From the NCBI GenBank assembly GCA_963754945.1, contig CAVWIG010000027.1, positions 1 through 58,347 of the forward strand: a stretch of DNA of 58,347 nucleotides, written 5' to 3'. Made by a program: the position numbers and the translations under genes. This document shows positions 10,345 through 22,818 of this stretch, piece by piece (the stretch's first letter is position 1; each line of letters opens with the position of its first letter). The notes under the pieces are model-generated. The model had not been told where the DNA came from, made no database searches, and saw only the letters and a program-made list of their open reading frames with translations. This DNA is from Methanotrichaceae archaeon (lineage in GTDB: Archaea; Halobacteriota; Methanosarcinia; Methanotrichales; Methanotrichaceae).

Positions 10345-11209
10345 TCTTGTACATCCTTCTGGTTAGCATCTTCACCAGGGCTATGACCACGAAAGAGATG
10401 ACCACCAGTATCAGGGCCAGACAGAGGGAGACGCTCAGATCACCCTGCATGGCGGTGTAGATGGCCAGAGGCATGGTCTGAGTCCTTCCCTGGAAGTTCC
10501 CGGCGAACATGATAGTGGCTCCGAACTCACCTAGGGACCGGGCAAAGGCCATGATCGCTCCTGATATGAGGCCGTTTGAGGCGATGGGCAGGATCACGTG
10601 GAAGAACGTGTAGACCCGGGAGGCTCCCAGGGTGCGGGCCGCGTCCTCAAAGGCCAGGTCCACGTCCTCGAAGCTCGTCCTAGCCTGGCGGATGTAAAAG
10701 GGCGAAGAGACGAAGACCTGGGCTATGATCACCGCCAGGGTTGTGAAGGCTATGCCAAATCCGAAGGCGTTCAGGTAATGCCCCAGGACGCCCATCCTGC
10801 CGAATGCCATGAGGAGGGCGATGCCTGCCACGGCCGGAGGCATGATCACGGGCAGATCGATCAGCGAGTCAGCAATCTCTCTGCCGAAGTAATGGAACCG
10901 TGCGTTGACGTAGGCTATGGGCGTTCCCATTAGTACAACTGTCAAGGTGGTCAGGGTCGAGGTCATCAAGCTCAGCTTGAGGGCATCCGTCACCACAGGA
11001 TCGGACAACGACCGAAGGGTCAGATCCAGCGGACTCTTGATGAAGAGTGAGACCACCGGCAGGGCTATGAAAGCCATAGCCAATATCAGCGTTAGTCCCA
11101 GGACTGTCTTCAATACCATCTCCTTCGCTCTGGAGGGAATGACAATGACTTCCCGATCTTGTCCTGGAAGCTCGTTCGTGTAGCCTACCTCAACTTGATT
11201 CGAAGACAT
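10331..11209 (-). CDS. modB: molybdate ABC transporter permease
   Basis: DLPVIMPPAVAG, EDAARTLGAS, FARSLGEFGATIMFAGN. Confidence 0.93.
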   Translation of the reverse strand: MSSNQVEVGYTNELPGQDREVIVIPSRAKEMVLKTVLGLTLILAMAFIALPVVSLFIKSPLDLTLRSLSDPVVTDALKLSLMTSTLTTLTVVLMGTPIAYVNARFHYFGREIADSLIDLPVIMPPAVAGIALLMAFGRMGVLGHYLNAFGFGIAFTTLAVIIAQVFVSSPFYIRQARTSFEDVDLAFEDAARTLGASRVYTFFHVILPIASNGLISGAIMAFARSLGEFGATIMFAGNFQGRTQTMPLAIYTAMQGDLSVSLCLALILVVISFVVIALVKMLTRRMYKNVRD

Positions 11210-11309
11210 GATCCTCAAGACTTGCATTCAATCGCTCTACTCTCATCTGGTCCGGCAGGAGCGCAGGGATTTCAAAGAAGACCCGTGTCTCCTTCAAACT
11301 GCACTCCGA

Positions 11310-12170
11310 TTATGCTGTCGCCTTAGTTGCCGTTGCTGTTACGGTGGCGTTTGCATTGACGGCGGGCGTTTCCGGGGTTTTTGGCGACTCAAAGCCATAC
11401 TTCTCCAGGACTGCCATGCCCTTATCCGACTCCACTAAGTTCATGAACTCCTGGGACAGCGCAGGATATTTGGATTGCTTCAGTATGCCCATGGGATACT
11501 CGGCAATCACGTTGTACTTATCTGGTATCTCGATCTTTGTGATCTTCGCGGCCAGATCTTTTGTGATGTCTGACCTATAGGCGATGCCCGCATCAGCTTC
11601 TCCCAGGGCCACTTTGGATGTGATGTAGTTGACGTTGGTCTCATTAGAGACAACGTTTGCTATTACCAACTTCCTGAACTCCGGGCCAAAGGCCGAATCA
11701 TTGGCAAGCCTTGCCAGGATCTGCAGAGTATAATCGCCAATGGGAACGTCCTTGGTTCCTATGACGATCTTGAGGCCAGGTTTGGCTAGGTCAGAGATGT
11801 TTTGGATCTTCGCAGGATTGTCCTTAGGAACTATTATTACAGGCTTTGTTTTAGTGAAGACTATAATGCTGCTGTTGTTCGTGAAACCCTCGTTCTTCAG
11901 AAGGTTCATCTGCTTCTTGTTTGCGGATACGAAGATGTCCGAATAGGCTCCGTTCTCGATTTGAGTGCGCAACACCTGTGATCCGTCGAAGTTGAAGACT
12001 ACACTGATATTGGTTTCATTCTTGTACATCTGGCCTATCTCGCCAAAAGCGCCCGTGAGCGAAGCTGCACAGAAAACGGTAAGCTCTTTTTGCTGCTCTG
12101 CACAAAAGCCTGCCGTCGTGGACAGAACTAGGGCTGCAAGCACCATTGCAAATATTCTTTTCTCTATCAA
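11310..12170 (-). CDS. modA: molybdate ABC transporter substrate-binding protein
   Basis: Signal peptide, VFCAASL, GSQVLRTQIENGA, VPIGDY, GEADAGIAY; start codon uncertain (TTG after GAGGGTGA). Confidence 0.9.
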   Translation of the reverse strand: MIEKRIFAMVLAALVLSTTAGFCAEQQKELTVFCAASLTGAFGEIGQMYKNETNISVVFNFDGSQVLRTQIENGAYSDIFVSANKKQMNLLKNEGFTNNSSIIVFTKTKPVIIVPKDNPAKIQNISDLAKPGLKIVIGTKDVPIGDYTLQILARLANDSAFGPEFRKLVIANVVSNETNVNYITSKVALGEADAGIAYRSDITKDLAAKITKIEIPDKYNVIAEYPMGILKQSKYPALSQEFMNLVESDKGMAVLEKYGFESPKTPETPAVNANATVTATATKATA

Positions 12171-12296
12171 AGTTATCACCCTCGATTGATACAACTGGCT
12201 ATTAGGTAAGCGTAAACGCTCACTTTTTACCAGTTTAGTAATCATATACGTAAAACGCATTAATCCTTGCGCTTATCCGGGCAGATAACCAGCCGT

Positions 12297-12671
12297 TCAG
12301 ACCTTAATGGCAAAGACCGCCCAGTCAAGCTGCTTAATAGCGCCCCACAGGTCGAAGGACATCTTCTTCAGGCCGTACTTGCGATAGAGGAGCTGGCTGA
12401 TTTTGATCTCCTTGTCTCCGTCCACCCGGACGGCCGTTCCTTCGATGGTGACACCGTGGGGTTTTCCCATGGCATCCAAGGGCGCGATCTTCACATAAGA
12501 GTTGTTTCGCATGCGCTTGACCTTGCCGCTGTTGGCGTAAGATCGGACAAAGATGGTTCCGTCGTCCACTACGAACCATACAGGCGTGACAACGACCTGG
12601 CCGTTCCTCTTGAAAGTCTCGAGGCGGATGTATTCCTTGTTAAGGAATTGATCAAATATGCTGTCACTCAT
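12297..12671 (-). CDS. PPOX-class (split beta-barrel) putative F420-dependent protein, Rv2061-like
   Basis: LETFKRNGQVVVTPVWF, SGKVKRMRNN.YVKIAP; starts 4 nt after nifN stop. Confidence 0.8.
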   Translation of the reverse strand: MSDSIFDQFLNKEYIRLETFKRNGQVVVTPVWFVVDDGTIFVRSYANSGKVKRMRNNSYVKIAPLDAMGKPHGVTIEGTAVRVDGDKEIKISQLLYRKYGLKKMSFDLWGAIKQLDWAVFAIKV

Positions 12672-12675
12672 TCTT

Positions 12676-13977
12676 TCACCTGCTGTCCAGCAGCAGATTC
12701 ACCATGTCGTCCACGAGCCTCATCGCTCCAGCATACCCCAGAACCATCTGTCGCGCCGCCCCGAAGCGGTCGTGGTTGGGCAGGCCTACCCTCAGGAGAG
12801 GTATCTTCTCCTCCTTTGAGATCTGCCTTCCAGTCGAAGGACCGATCATCAGGTCCACATCGTTGCTGATCATCTCCTTGTGAATGTCATCAAAGTCCAC
12901 TCCGCACAATGCCGATGAGCGTGGTGCGATCTCTGCAGCCCTTTCGGCGAACTCATGGTTCGCCGTACCTGTGGCCAGGATCCTGGGGTCCATGCCAAGT
13001 TCTGTCATGAGCTTGGCTATTCCCAGAACCATCTCTGTGTCTCCGTAGATCGCTGCTTTCACCTTCGCAAGCTGCTTATGGACGTCCACCATGGCGTCCA
13101 GCAACCGTCCCCTCCCGTTCTCGTACTTTCCGGGGAGTTTTGACCCGGTGAACTCTTCCAGCTTTGCGATCATGAGATCCGTGTATTCGACGCCGATGGG
13201 CAGGGGCAGGACTGTGTGGCGTACATTGAATTCCTTTTCCAGATAGGCGCCAGCGCTGGCTTTCTGAACTCGTCCTCCGAGGGTTACTGTCGACACGGAG
13301 TTGGCCATGTCCCGGATGTCGTTCAAAGGCGTGCCGCCCTTCGGGATTCTGGGTGGGTTTTCACAGAGGGGCGCATCGAAGGTGTCCGATGTATCCGGAA
13401 GCATCAAGTAGCCACACCCCCAGCAGTCGAGCAGATCTTTGAGGTACCTAACCTCTGCAGGCGAGACGACCGATCCGAGGATCAGGTTGACTTTTCCGTT
13501 TGGTTCAGTCCTCTTGGCAAGGGCCCGAACAGTCGCCAAGAGCGCTCTGTCGTAACCATCCTCATGTGACCCTGAATAGCTCGGCGTGTGGACTGATATT
13601 ATTGGAACGTCCTTGGCGATCTGTTGTTCCTCTGCTCGGAACTCCCTGATGATCTGATCAACGTCGTCTCCGATGGTCTCAGCAAGGCAGGTGGTGGCCA
13701 CTCCGATGACCTTTGGGCTGTATCCCTGGATTACGTTTTTCAAGCCCTTCTTGAGGTTGGCCGCCCCGCCGTAAACTGCTCCTTTTTCGCTCAGGGCTGA
13801 GGATGCTATGTCCACGGGCTCACGGAAGTGGTGCGCCAGGTAAAGACGCATGTAGGTGGAACACCCCTGAGAGCCGTGAAAGATGGGCATGCACCCTTCG
13901 ATTCCCTTGAAGGCGAGCACCATGCCCATTGGCATGCACATAGAGCAGGGGTTAACAGTCGCATAGCTCTCGGACAT
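12676..13977 (-). CDS. nifN: nitrogenase FeMo-cofactor scaffold NifN
   Basis: NPCSMCMPMG, HGSQGCSTY, HFREP, TTCLAETIGDD; follows nifE. Confidence 0.92.
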   Translation of the reverse strand: MSESYATVNPCSMCMPMGMVLAFKGIEGCMPIFHGSQGCSTYMRLYLAHHFREPVDIASSALSEKGAVYGGAANLKKGLKNVIQGYSPKVIGVATTCLAETIGDDVDQIIREFRAEEQQIAKDVPIISVHTPSYSGSHEDGYDRALLATVRALAKRTEPNGKVNLILGSVVSPAEVRYLKDLLDCWGCGYLMLPDTSDTFDAPLCENPPRIPKGGTPLNDIRDMANSVSTVTLGGRVQKASAGAYLEKEFNVRHTVLPLPIGVEYTDLMIAKLEEFTGSKLPGKYENGRGRLLDAMVDVHKQLAKVKAAIYGDTEMVLGIAKLMTELGMDPRILATGTANHEFAERAAEIAPRSSALCGVDFDDIHKEMISNDVDLMIGPSTGRQISKEEKIPLLRVGLPNHDRFGAARQMVLGYAGAMRLVDDMVNLLLDSR

Positions 13978-15388
13978 TGTCCTGGACCTCCGGTGTAGCA
14001 ATATTCGTCTCCGAATCTGGCTTGCTCATCCTATCGAACGGGCTTGACCTTCTAACTGGAAGTTCCCAGACAGGACTATTGATGGTCGTCTCCACCTCCC
14101 TGGCGAAGTTGATCATTCCGTTGTAGCCCTCGAAGGTCGTGGTTCTGTCGTGGTTGAAGTCGCAGAAGGCAATTCCCAGCTTGTATGCCAGGAACCTTTC
14201 CTTGACACCTGCCACCAGCAAGTCCGCCTTCTGGCTAACCAGCAGTTCGCAGAGCTCCAGGGGGTTGGCGTCATCGATGATGACAGTCCCGTCCTTGACG
14301 ATGTAGCTTATCTTCTCGTAGTCATCACGATCCCCGGTCTGAGTGCCGATGATCACCACTTCCATTCCCAGCTCCTGGAAGCCCTTGACAAGGGACACGG
14401 CCTTGGCTGCCCCGCCCATGTATATCGCAGCGCGTTTTCCTGCAACTCCTGCTCTGTACTGCTCAATCTGTCTTCTTGTCCTTCTTTCCTCTGTGCGGAT
14501 CATCTCCTCCGCCTTTTCCATCATGCCAGGCTCCCCAAAGAACTCGGCTGCAGTCCGGAGGGCAGAGGACATATCCTCTATGCCGAAGAAGCTGACACGC
14601 TTGTACGGTATGCCGTACTTCTCCTCCAGCTTCTTGGCGAGGTATGTCATGGAACCGCTGCACTGGACAAGGTTCAACCTGGCAGTGTGGGCCCTCTGTA
14701 TCTCCTCAACTCTGGAGTCGCCCGTAAGCGTTGCCACAACCTCGATGCCCATCTCCTCGAAGTAGGGCTTGATTGACCACAGGTCACCTGCCACGTTGTA
14801 CTCTCCGAGGAGGTTCAGGGTGTAAGGGCTCCTCGGTGTGTAATTCCTTGTCCCGATCAGCTCATAGAGAGCATTGCATGCGGCCTTGTAGCCCTCGTTC
14901 TTGTTGCCCCGAAACCCTTCGGACTTGACTGGTACCACAGGGATTCCAAGCTCCTGGGAAGCGGATTTGCAGACTGCTCGAAGGTCGTCGCCAATGACTC
15001 CAACGATGCATGTCGAGTAGACGAAGATGGCCGGAGGAGTGAACCTGATAGCCAGCTCGCGGATGGCGCTTGCCAGCTTCTTCTCTCCTCCGAAGATGAC
15101 GTCCATCTCCGACATGTCGGTGGAGAAGCTGCTCTTGTAAAGAGCGGGACCGCTTGTGCTGCTGCCGCGGATGTCCCAGGTATAGCTGGCGCATCCTATG
15201 GGCCCGTGGACAAGGTGCAGGGCGTCGGTTATTGGGTTTAATACAACCCTTGCTCCTGAGTAGACGCAGGCCCTCTGGCTGACAGCACCCGCAAGGCTCT
15301 CGTTGCTGCAGGCCAGAGGAAGGGAGGCTATGCCGCTCTTTTTCTGGATGTGGCTCTCCCGACCCTCAAAGACGCTTACTATGCCCAT
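13952..15388 (-). CDS. nifE: nitrogenase FeMo-cofactor scaffold NifE
   Basis: SQRACVYSGARVVL, HGPIGCA, VIFGGEKKL, STCIVGVIGDD, VQCSGS. Confidence 0.95.
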   Translation of the reverse strand: MGIVSVFEGRESHIQKKSGIASLPLACSNESLAGAVSQRACVYSGARVVLNPITDALHLVHGPIGCASYTWDIRGSSTSGPALYKSSFSTDMSEMDVIFGGEKKLASAIRELAIRFTPPAIFVYSTCIVGVIGDDLRAVCKSASQELGIPVVPVKSEGFRGNKNEGYKAACNALYELIGTRNYTPRSPYTLNLLGEYNVAGDLWSIKPYFEEMGIEVVATLTGDSRVEEIQRAHTARLNLVQCSGSMTYLAKKLEEKYGIPYKRVSFFGIEDMSSALRTAAEFFGEPGMMEKAEEMIRTEERRTRRQIEQYRAGVAGKRAAIYMGGAAKAVSLVKGFQELGMEVVIIGTQTGDRDDYEKISYIVKDGTVIIDDANPLELCELLVSQKADLLVAGVKERFLAYKLGIAFCDFNHDRTTTFEGYNGMINFAREVETTINSPVWELPVRRSSPFDRMSKPDSETNIATPEVQDNVRELCDC

Positions 15389-16747
15389 CTAGAGCACCAT
15401 CTCGAAGTGTGCGTCGTCCGCGTCCCTGTCCAGCCTCTCCAGGAAGGTGTTTCCTATCATCTCCACCAGCCTGGCAGCTCCTGCGTACCCTACGATGGGG
15501 AAGTAGTGCATGTTGGCCCTATCCGTGATAGGGAACCCTACGCGCACCAGAGGGATGTCCTCGGCCCTTGCGATCAGCTTGCCGAAGGAGTTGCCTATCA
15601 GCAGGTCCACCTTTCTGGACTTGATCTTCTGGTGGAGCAGGAACAGGTCTCCTACGATGGCCTCGCAGTCCGGGGCGATCTTGTGGACCTCTTCAGCAAA
15701 CAGCTTGTCGGGCGTGCCCGTAAGGGCATAGACTGGGTTCATCCCCATCTCAACCACCAAGCTGAGCATGCCCAGCACAGTATCGGGGTCACCGAATATG
15801 GCAACGCTCTTGGCGTGGAAGTGTGGATGGGCGTCAGTCATCATGTCCACTAGACGGCCGCGTTCGTCCTCGATCTCTTTGGGCACAGCAACCTCCATTA
15901 GCTTCGAGACGTTCATCACGAAGGTGTCGGTGTTTCTGATGCCTATGGGCATAGGTCCGATCACCGCAGGTATTCCGAACTTTCCTTTCAGGACGATAGC
16001 TCCCGATGCGCCTGCAGTCCTGCCCAAGGCCACGGTTCCTCGGGAGTTTCCCGCATCCACAAGGTCAGGGATGGTTGTGCCTCCTGGAGGGTACAGGCCG
16101 CCGGACTCCGGCGTAAGCGGAGCGTCGAAGACCCCCGTAGTGTCCGGGAAGACGATGTAAGGAATGCCCATCATGCCCAGGATCCTCTTGATCTCGCGGA
16201 TGTCTCCCGGGTCCACAAAACCTGGGATGATGTTCAGTTTTCCGTTGGGCTTGGTCTTCCTCGGGAATGACTGGGCCATGGCCTTCACTGCGTTGTCGTA
16301 GCCCGTTACGTGCGATCCCACGTAGCTTGGAGTGCTGGCTATGACCACCCGAACCTTGGGGTCGAAGAACTCCTCTTCCTTAATCTCCTCCATGAATGAG
16401 GAGACATCGTCGCCTATAGTCTCCGAGGAGCAGGTGGTGTGGATGGCCAGGACGTCGGGATGGTAGATGTTGACGATGTTGTCGACAGCCTCGCGCAGGT
16501 TGTTCCTGCCGCCGAAGACCACCGAGTCCTCGGTGAAGGAGCTGGTAGCGGCTATTGTCGGCTCCCTGTAGTGCCGGGCCAACATCATGCGCAGGTAGGA
16601 TGAGCAGCCCTGGGAGCCGTGGGTAAGGGGCATGCAGTTGTGAATGCCTTTGTAGGCGAGGATTGCCCCGATGGGCTGGCAGATCTTGGCCGGGTTTATG
16701 ACCAGATTCTCTCTTGCGGCTACATCTTTCGTTGTGTAATCAAGCAT
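15389..16747 (-). CDS. nifK: nitrogenase MoFe protein beta chain
   Basis: NPAKICQPIGA, HGSQGCSSY, TTCSSETIGDD, TPSYVGSH. Confidence 0.95.
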   Translation of the reverse strand: MLDYTTKDVAARENLVINPAKICQPIGAILAYKGIHNCMPLTHGSQGCSSYLRMMLARHYREPTIAATSSFTEDSVVFGGRNNLREAVDNIVNIYHPDVLAIHTTCSSETIGDDVSSFMEEIKEEEFFDPKVRVVIASTPSYVGSHVTGYDNAVKAMAQSFPRKTKPNGKLNIIPGFVDPGDIREIKRILGMMGIPYIVFPDTTGVFDAPLTPESGGLYPPGGTTIPDLVDAGNSRGTVALGRTAGASGAIVLKGKFGIPAVIGPMPIGIRNTDTFVMNVSKLMEVAVPKEIEDERGRLVDMMTDAHPHFHAKSVAIFGDPDTVLGMLSLVVEMGMNPVYALTGTPDKLFAEEVHKIAPDCEAIVGDLFLLHQKIKSRKVDLLIGNSFGKLIARAEDIPLVRVGFPITDRANMHYFPIVGYAGAARLVEMIGNTFLERLDRDADDAHFEMVL

Positions 16748-18356
16748 GTATCTCCTCCCTCCAGGGCGGAGTTATGAACTTCCAGGTTGGGCTGTTCACG
16801 GCCATGTCCATGTCTCTGGCAAAGTTGACGAAGCCCTCGAAGCCTGTGTACGGTCCGCTGTAGTCGTAGGAGTGCATCTGGCGCGAGGGGATGTGCATCT
16901 TCTGGAAGACGTACTTGTCCTTGACTCCTGAGCAGAAGATGTCTATCTTCAGCTCTTTGACCAGGTGCTCGCACTCCTGGTGGCTGTAGTCGTCGATCAT
17001 TACCTGGCCGTCTCTCATGTGGGGCAGAAGCCCTTCGTAGTCCATCAACCTCGGAATCGTTTCTTTCTTCTCCTGGATTGCAGAGTCGTCATAAGGCGAT
17101 TTTACGCTTGGGTCCCTTTCGTAGTGTATATCCGCCAGGACCTTCGACATTCCTGTGTGAACTATCTCCGGTATGACTTTGCGGCCTTCGTAGTCGTCTC
17201 TGTGGCCGAACTCGTACCCGGCAACGACAACGTCCATCCCCAGGGTCTCGAACATGTTCTTGACATGGTGGGCGCGAGAGCCTCCGACAAGGAGCATGAC
17301 CCTCTTTCCTGCCAGGCGCTTCCTGTACATGTCTACAATCGGATTGATCTTGGTCGTCTCCTCAGCGATCACCTGCTCTGTCTTTCTGGTGAGCTCGGGA
17401 TCGCCGAAGAACGCCGCCATGTCCCTGAGAGTTTTGACTGTATCCTCTACCCCCAGGTAGTTGACCTTCAACCACGGAATGCCATACTTCTCTTCCATCA
17501 TGCGGTTGGTGTAGTTGATGGACCGGTGACATAGGAGGATGTTCAGCTTGGCCCGATGCGCCTTGGCGATATCGTGGAAAGAGGCATCACCTGTGAAGGG
17601 GCTGACTATTCTGTAGCCTATCCTCTCCAGCAGCTCTTTGATTACCCAGTAGTCTCCACCGATGTTATACTCGCCGAAGACGTTGACGTCAAAGGGGCCT
17701 GGGTCCTCCAGCTCCTCAGTCCCCACAAGGTGCTCCATCAGAGCGTTGGAGGCAATGTGGTGGCCAGCCGACTGGCTGACGCCCCTGTAGCCCTCGCATC
17801 TCACAGGTATGACTTTTATCTTGAGGTCGTCCTCTGCCTTTCTGCAAACAGACTCTATGTCGTCGCCTATGAGACCTATTGGACAGGTGCAGAATACTGA
17901 GATGCACTCGGGCTTGAAGATGGAGTACGCCTCCCTGATGGACTTGGCCAGCTTCTTCTCAGCACCGAAGACTATGTCAGTCTCTTTTACGTCCGTGGAC
18001 AGGCAGTAGCTCGCGAAGTTGTCCTGGCCTTCCTCTGCCCTTGCCAGGTTCCTTCGCATTCCCCAGGTGAAGTAGGCGCATCCAATTGGACCGTGGGTTA
18101 TGTGGAGTATATCCTTGACGGGTCCGAAGACCACTCCCTTGGAGCCAGCATAGGCACAGCCGCGGTTGGTCAGAATCCCTGGGATTGTCCTCTGGTTGGC
18201 CTCGATCTTCTGCTCCACCTCGCAGGAGTCTTTCACCAGCACGTGCTTCTTGCGGATCTCGCCGGTCTTCTTGGGGAGCTCTTTCAGGATTCCGTTCACG
18301 ATCTTCTTGCTCTCCTCTACGCTGACCGGTTCCCTTTCGTTTGCGATTCCGCTCAT
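16740..18356 (-). CDS. nifD: nitrogenase MoFe protein alpha chain (group II-type internal insertion)
   Basis: RGCAYAG, GPIGCA, CTCPIG, SQSAGHH, FeMo-co ligands LLCHRS and RQMHSYD; insertion after GHRDDYEGR. Confidence 0.96.
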   Translation of the reverse strand: MSGIANEREPVSVEESKKIVNGILKELPKKTGEIRKKHVLVKDSCEVEQKIEANQRTIPGILTNRGCAYAGSKGVVFGPVKDILHITHGPIGCAYFTWGMRRNLARAEEGQDNFASYCLSTDVKETDIVFGAEKKLAKSIREAYSIFKPECISVFCTCPIGLIGDDIESVCRKAEDDLKIKVIPVRCEGYRGVSQSAGHHIASNALMEHLVGTEELEDPGPFDVNVFGEYNIGGDYWVIKELLERIGYRIVSPFTGDASFHDIAKAHRAKLNILLCHRSINYTNRMMEEKYGIPWLKVNYLGVEDTVKTLRDMAAFFGDPELTRKTEQVIAEETTKINPIVDMYRKRLAGKRVMLLVGGSRAHHVKNMFETLGMDVVVAGYEFGHRDDYEGRKVIPEIVHTGMSKVLADIHYERDPSVKSPYDDSAIQEKKETIPRLMDYEGLLPHMRDGQVMIDDYSHQECEHLVKELKIDIFCSGVKDKYVFQKMHIPSRQMHSYDYSGPYTGFEGFVNFARDMDMAVNSPTWKFITPPWREEIHA

Positions 18357-18709
18357 GAGATTGCCTCGTTTCCGCGTTCCCCAGTTCTTATTCTTACAGC
18401 CTCATCGATCGGGCAGACGAAGATCCGGCCGTCACCGATGTTGCCTGTCCTGTTCACCTTGGTGATCACGGCAACTACTGCTGGCACGAACTCGTCCTCG
18501 ACCATTATGGATATCATCCTCTTTGGAATGTACTTCATGCTCTTCTTTTCTGATTCTTCAAGCTCTGAGGGATGAGGGATCTGCAGCCCTCGCTGCTTGC
18601 CTCTTCCGAAGACCTTGTAGGCTGTGATGGATGGTATGCCGATCACGTCCAGAGCGTTTTTGGTTGTCTCCATCTTGTTCATCTGGATGATGGCCAGGAC
18701 TTCTTTCAT
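18353..18709 (-). CDS. nifI2: PII-family nitrogenase regulator NifI2
   Basis: MKEVLAII, GRGKQRG, TGNIGDGRIFV, RIRTGE; between nifI1 and nifD. Confidence 0.92.
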   Translation of the reverse strand: MKEVLAIIQMNKMETTKNALDVIGIPSITAYKVFGRGKQRGLQIPHPSELEESEKKSMKYIPKRMISIMVEDEFVPAVVAVITKVNRTGNIGDGRIFVCPIDEAVRIRTGERGNEAIS

Positions 18710-18710
18710 T

Positions 18711-19849
<1,139 letters not shown>

Positions 19850-19860
19850 CTATTTGGGAT

Positions 19861-19990
19861 AAAGCAGGTGCGCTGCTTTTTGGTCACGGGTCTCATCCTG
19901 TGCGCCGACCCCGAGTGAGTCGAGAGGTGCGCTGTCGATCTGCGGCCAGTTCATTCTTTTTTTGCACCTCTGGAACTGGACATTGCGGCC
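19861..19990 (-). promoter_or_regulatory. candidate structured 5' leader of the nif operon (four hairpins, repeated CGCAC loops)
   Basis: GC-rich island in AT-rich intergenic DNA; stems at 19861-19879, 19884-19918, 19920-19938, 19946-19979. Confidence 0.55.
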
Positions 19991-20015
19991 CCCTTATATT
20001 GAAGTATTTGAGGGG
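19990..20015. promoter_or_regulatory. imperfect palindrome, candidate nif operator
   Basis: CCCCTTATAT-N6-ATTTGAGGGG, ~20-45 nt downstream (minus sense) of a TTTATAAT TATA-like box at ~20034-20041; near-identical core at 24531 and 25548. Confidence 0.45.
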
Positions 20016-20117
20016 TATGAGTACAAATTGAGAATTATAAAGGATAGATTCTCAAAAAAGAAGTTACTTTCTCAAAAGATGATCGGTTTTCTGAAAAAAT
20101 AAGAAAATGACATAAGA

Positions 20118-20185
20118 TTAGAGAAGAACCAAAAAAAGAGTCTCGGGAATTGATGAAATTCAAGAAGTACCTTTAATAGTAGACC
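20118..20185. repeat. ~65-bp dispersed repeat, copy upstream of nifH
   Basis: GAGAAGAACCAAAAAAAGAGTCTC...GATGAAATTCAAGAAGTACCT...AGACC also at 24761-24830 and ~27056-27118. Confidence 0.85.
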
Positions 20186-20362
20186 GCATCACACTCATTT
20201 GGTTGGAGTTCCTCTATATCTGTTAAATCAACCAATCCTTCTTTTGGGATCGGCCTTGGGCTAACTTCATCATCATGTGCAAGTAAGATGGGAGGATATT
20301 TAAGATATCATATCTATGTCAAAAGGCGGATTAAGGCTGGGGACCTCTAAGGAAGGATAAAA

Positions 20363-20527
20363 ATGGATCTAAGTCAGACTTTGAATCTCATATTTCAATC
20401 AGCCCAAGCATCAATAACGTATATCGTATTTGGTGCATTTATTGCTGTATTACTCATAGGTATTTTAAGTATCATTAGGGATTGGTGGAATAGGAGAAAA
20501 GATAGAGAAGATGAAAGCGATAAATAA
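20363..20527 (+). CDS. small single-pass membrane protein (54 aa; not in ORF track)
   Basis: AGGAAGG RBS; MDLSQTLNLIFQSAQASITYIVFGAFIAVLLIGILSIIRDWWNRRKDREDESDK (TM helix then WW/RRK). Confidence 0.55.
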   Translation: MDLSQTLNLIFQSAQASITYIVFGAFIAVLLIGILSIIRDWWNRRKDREDESDK

Positions 20528-21034
20528 TTTGGAAGAAATAAGAACGATCATATGCCGCTAATAGTTACTTTTAGGGACACTGACATTTCGTTTCCGCCGT
20601 CTCACCGCCCCAGATAGCTAACACTACAACCACAATCACCCATGCGATCAACCCAACCAAACCGAACATCCCCATTAATAAGATGAGTGTAACACCCCTA
20701 ATATAAATAATATATGATAATATATGAATCGGGAGGCTTTTTCAACGTAGCTGGTCATTTCATCACTCCTATACCTGCTATCTGACCTGTTGTGGTATTA
20801 TTCAGGCATGTTTGTCTCTGAGGGTACTGCCCGTACCTCCCACAGCTTAGTCTATCTGACAAATAGACGCATAGCAGTGTGGTTCTGATATGACTGTGCC
20901 TCAATATAGTCTGGCTTGATCCCGCCATAAATTAACGGCGTGATAATCATAGTCACAATCAGAATTGCCTAGAAGAGGTAGAGTGCTGGATCAAATCGAA
21001 AAAGAAAAAGAGAGAAGAAAGGTGGCTGTTTGGG

Positions 21035-22818
<1,784 letters not shown>

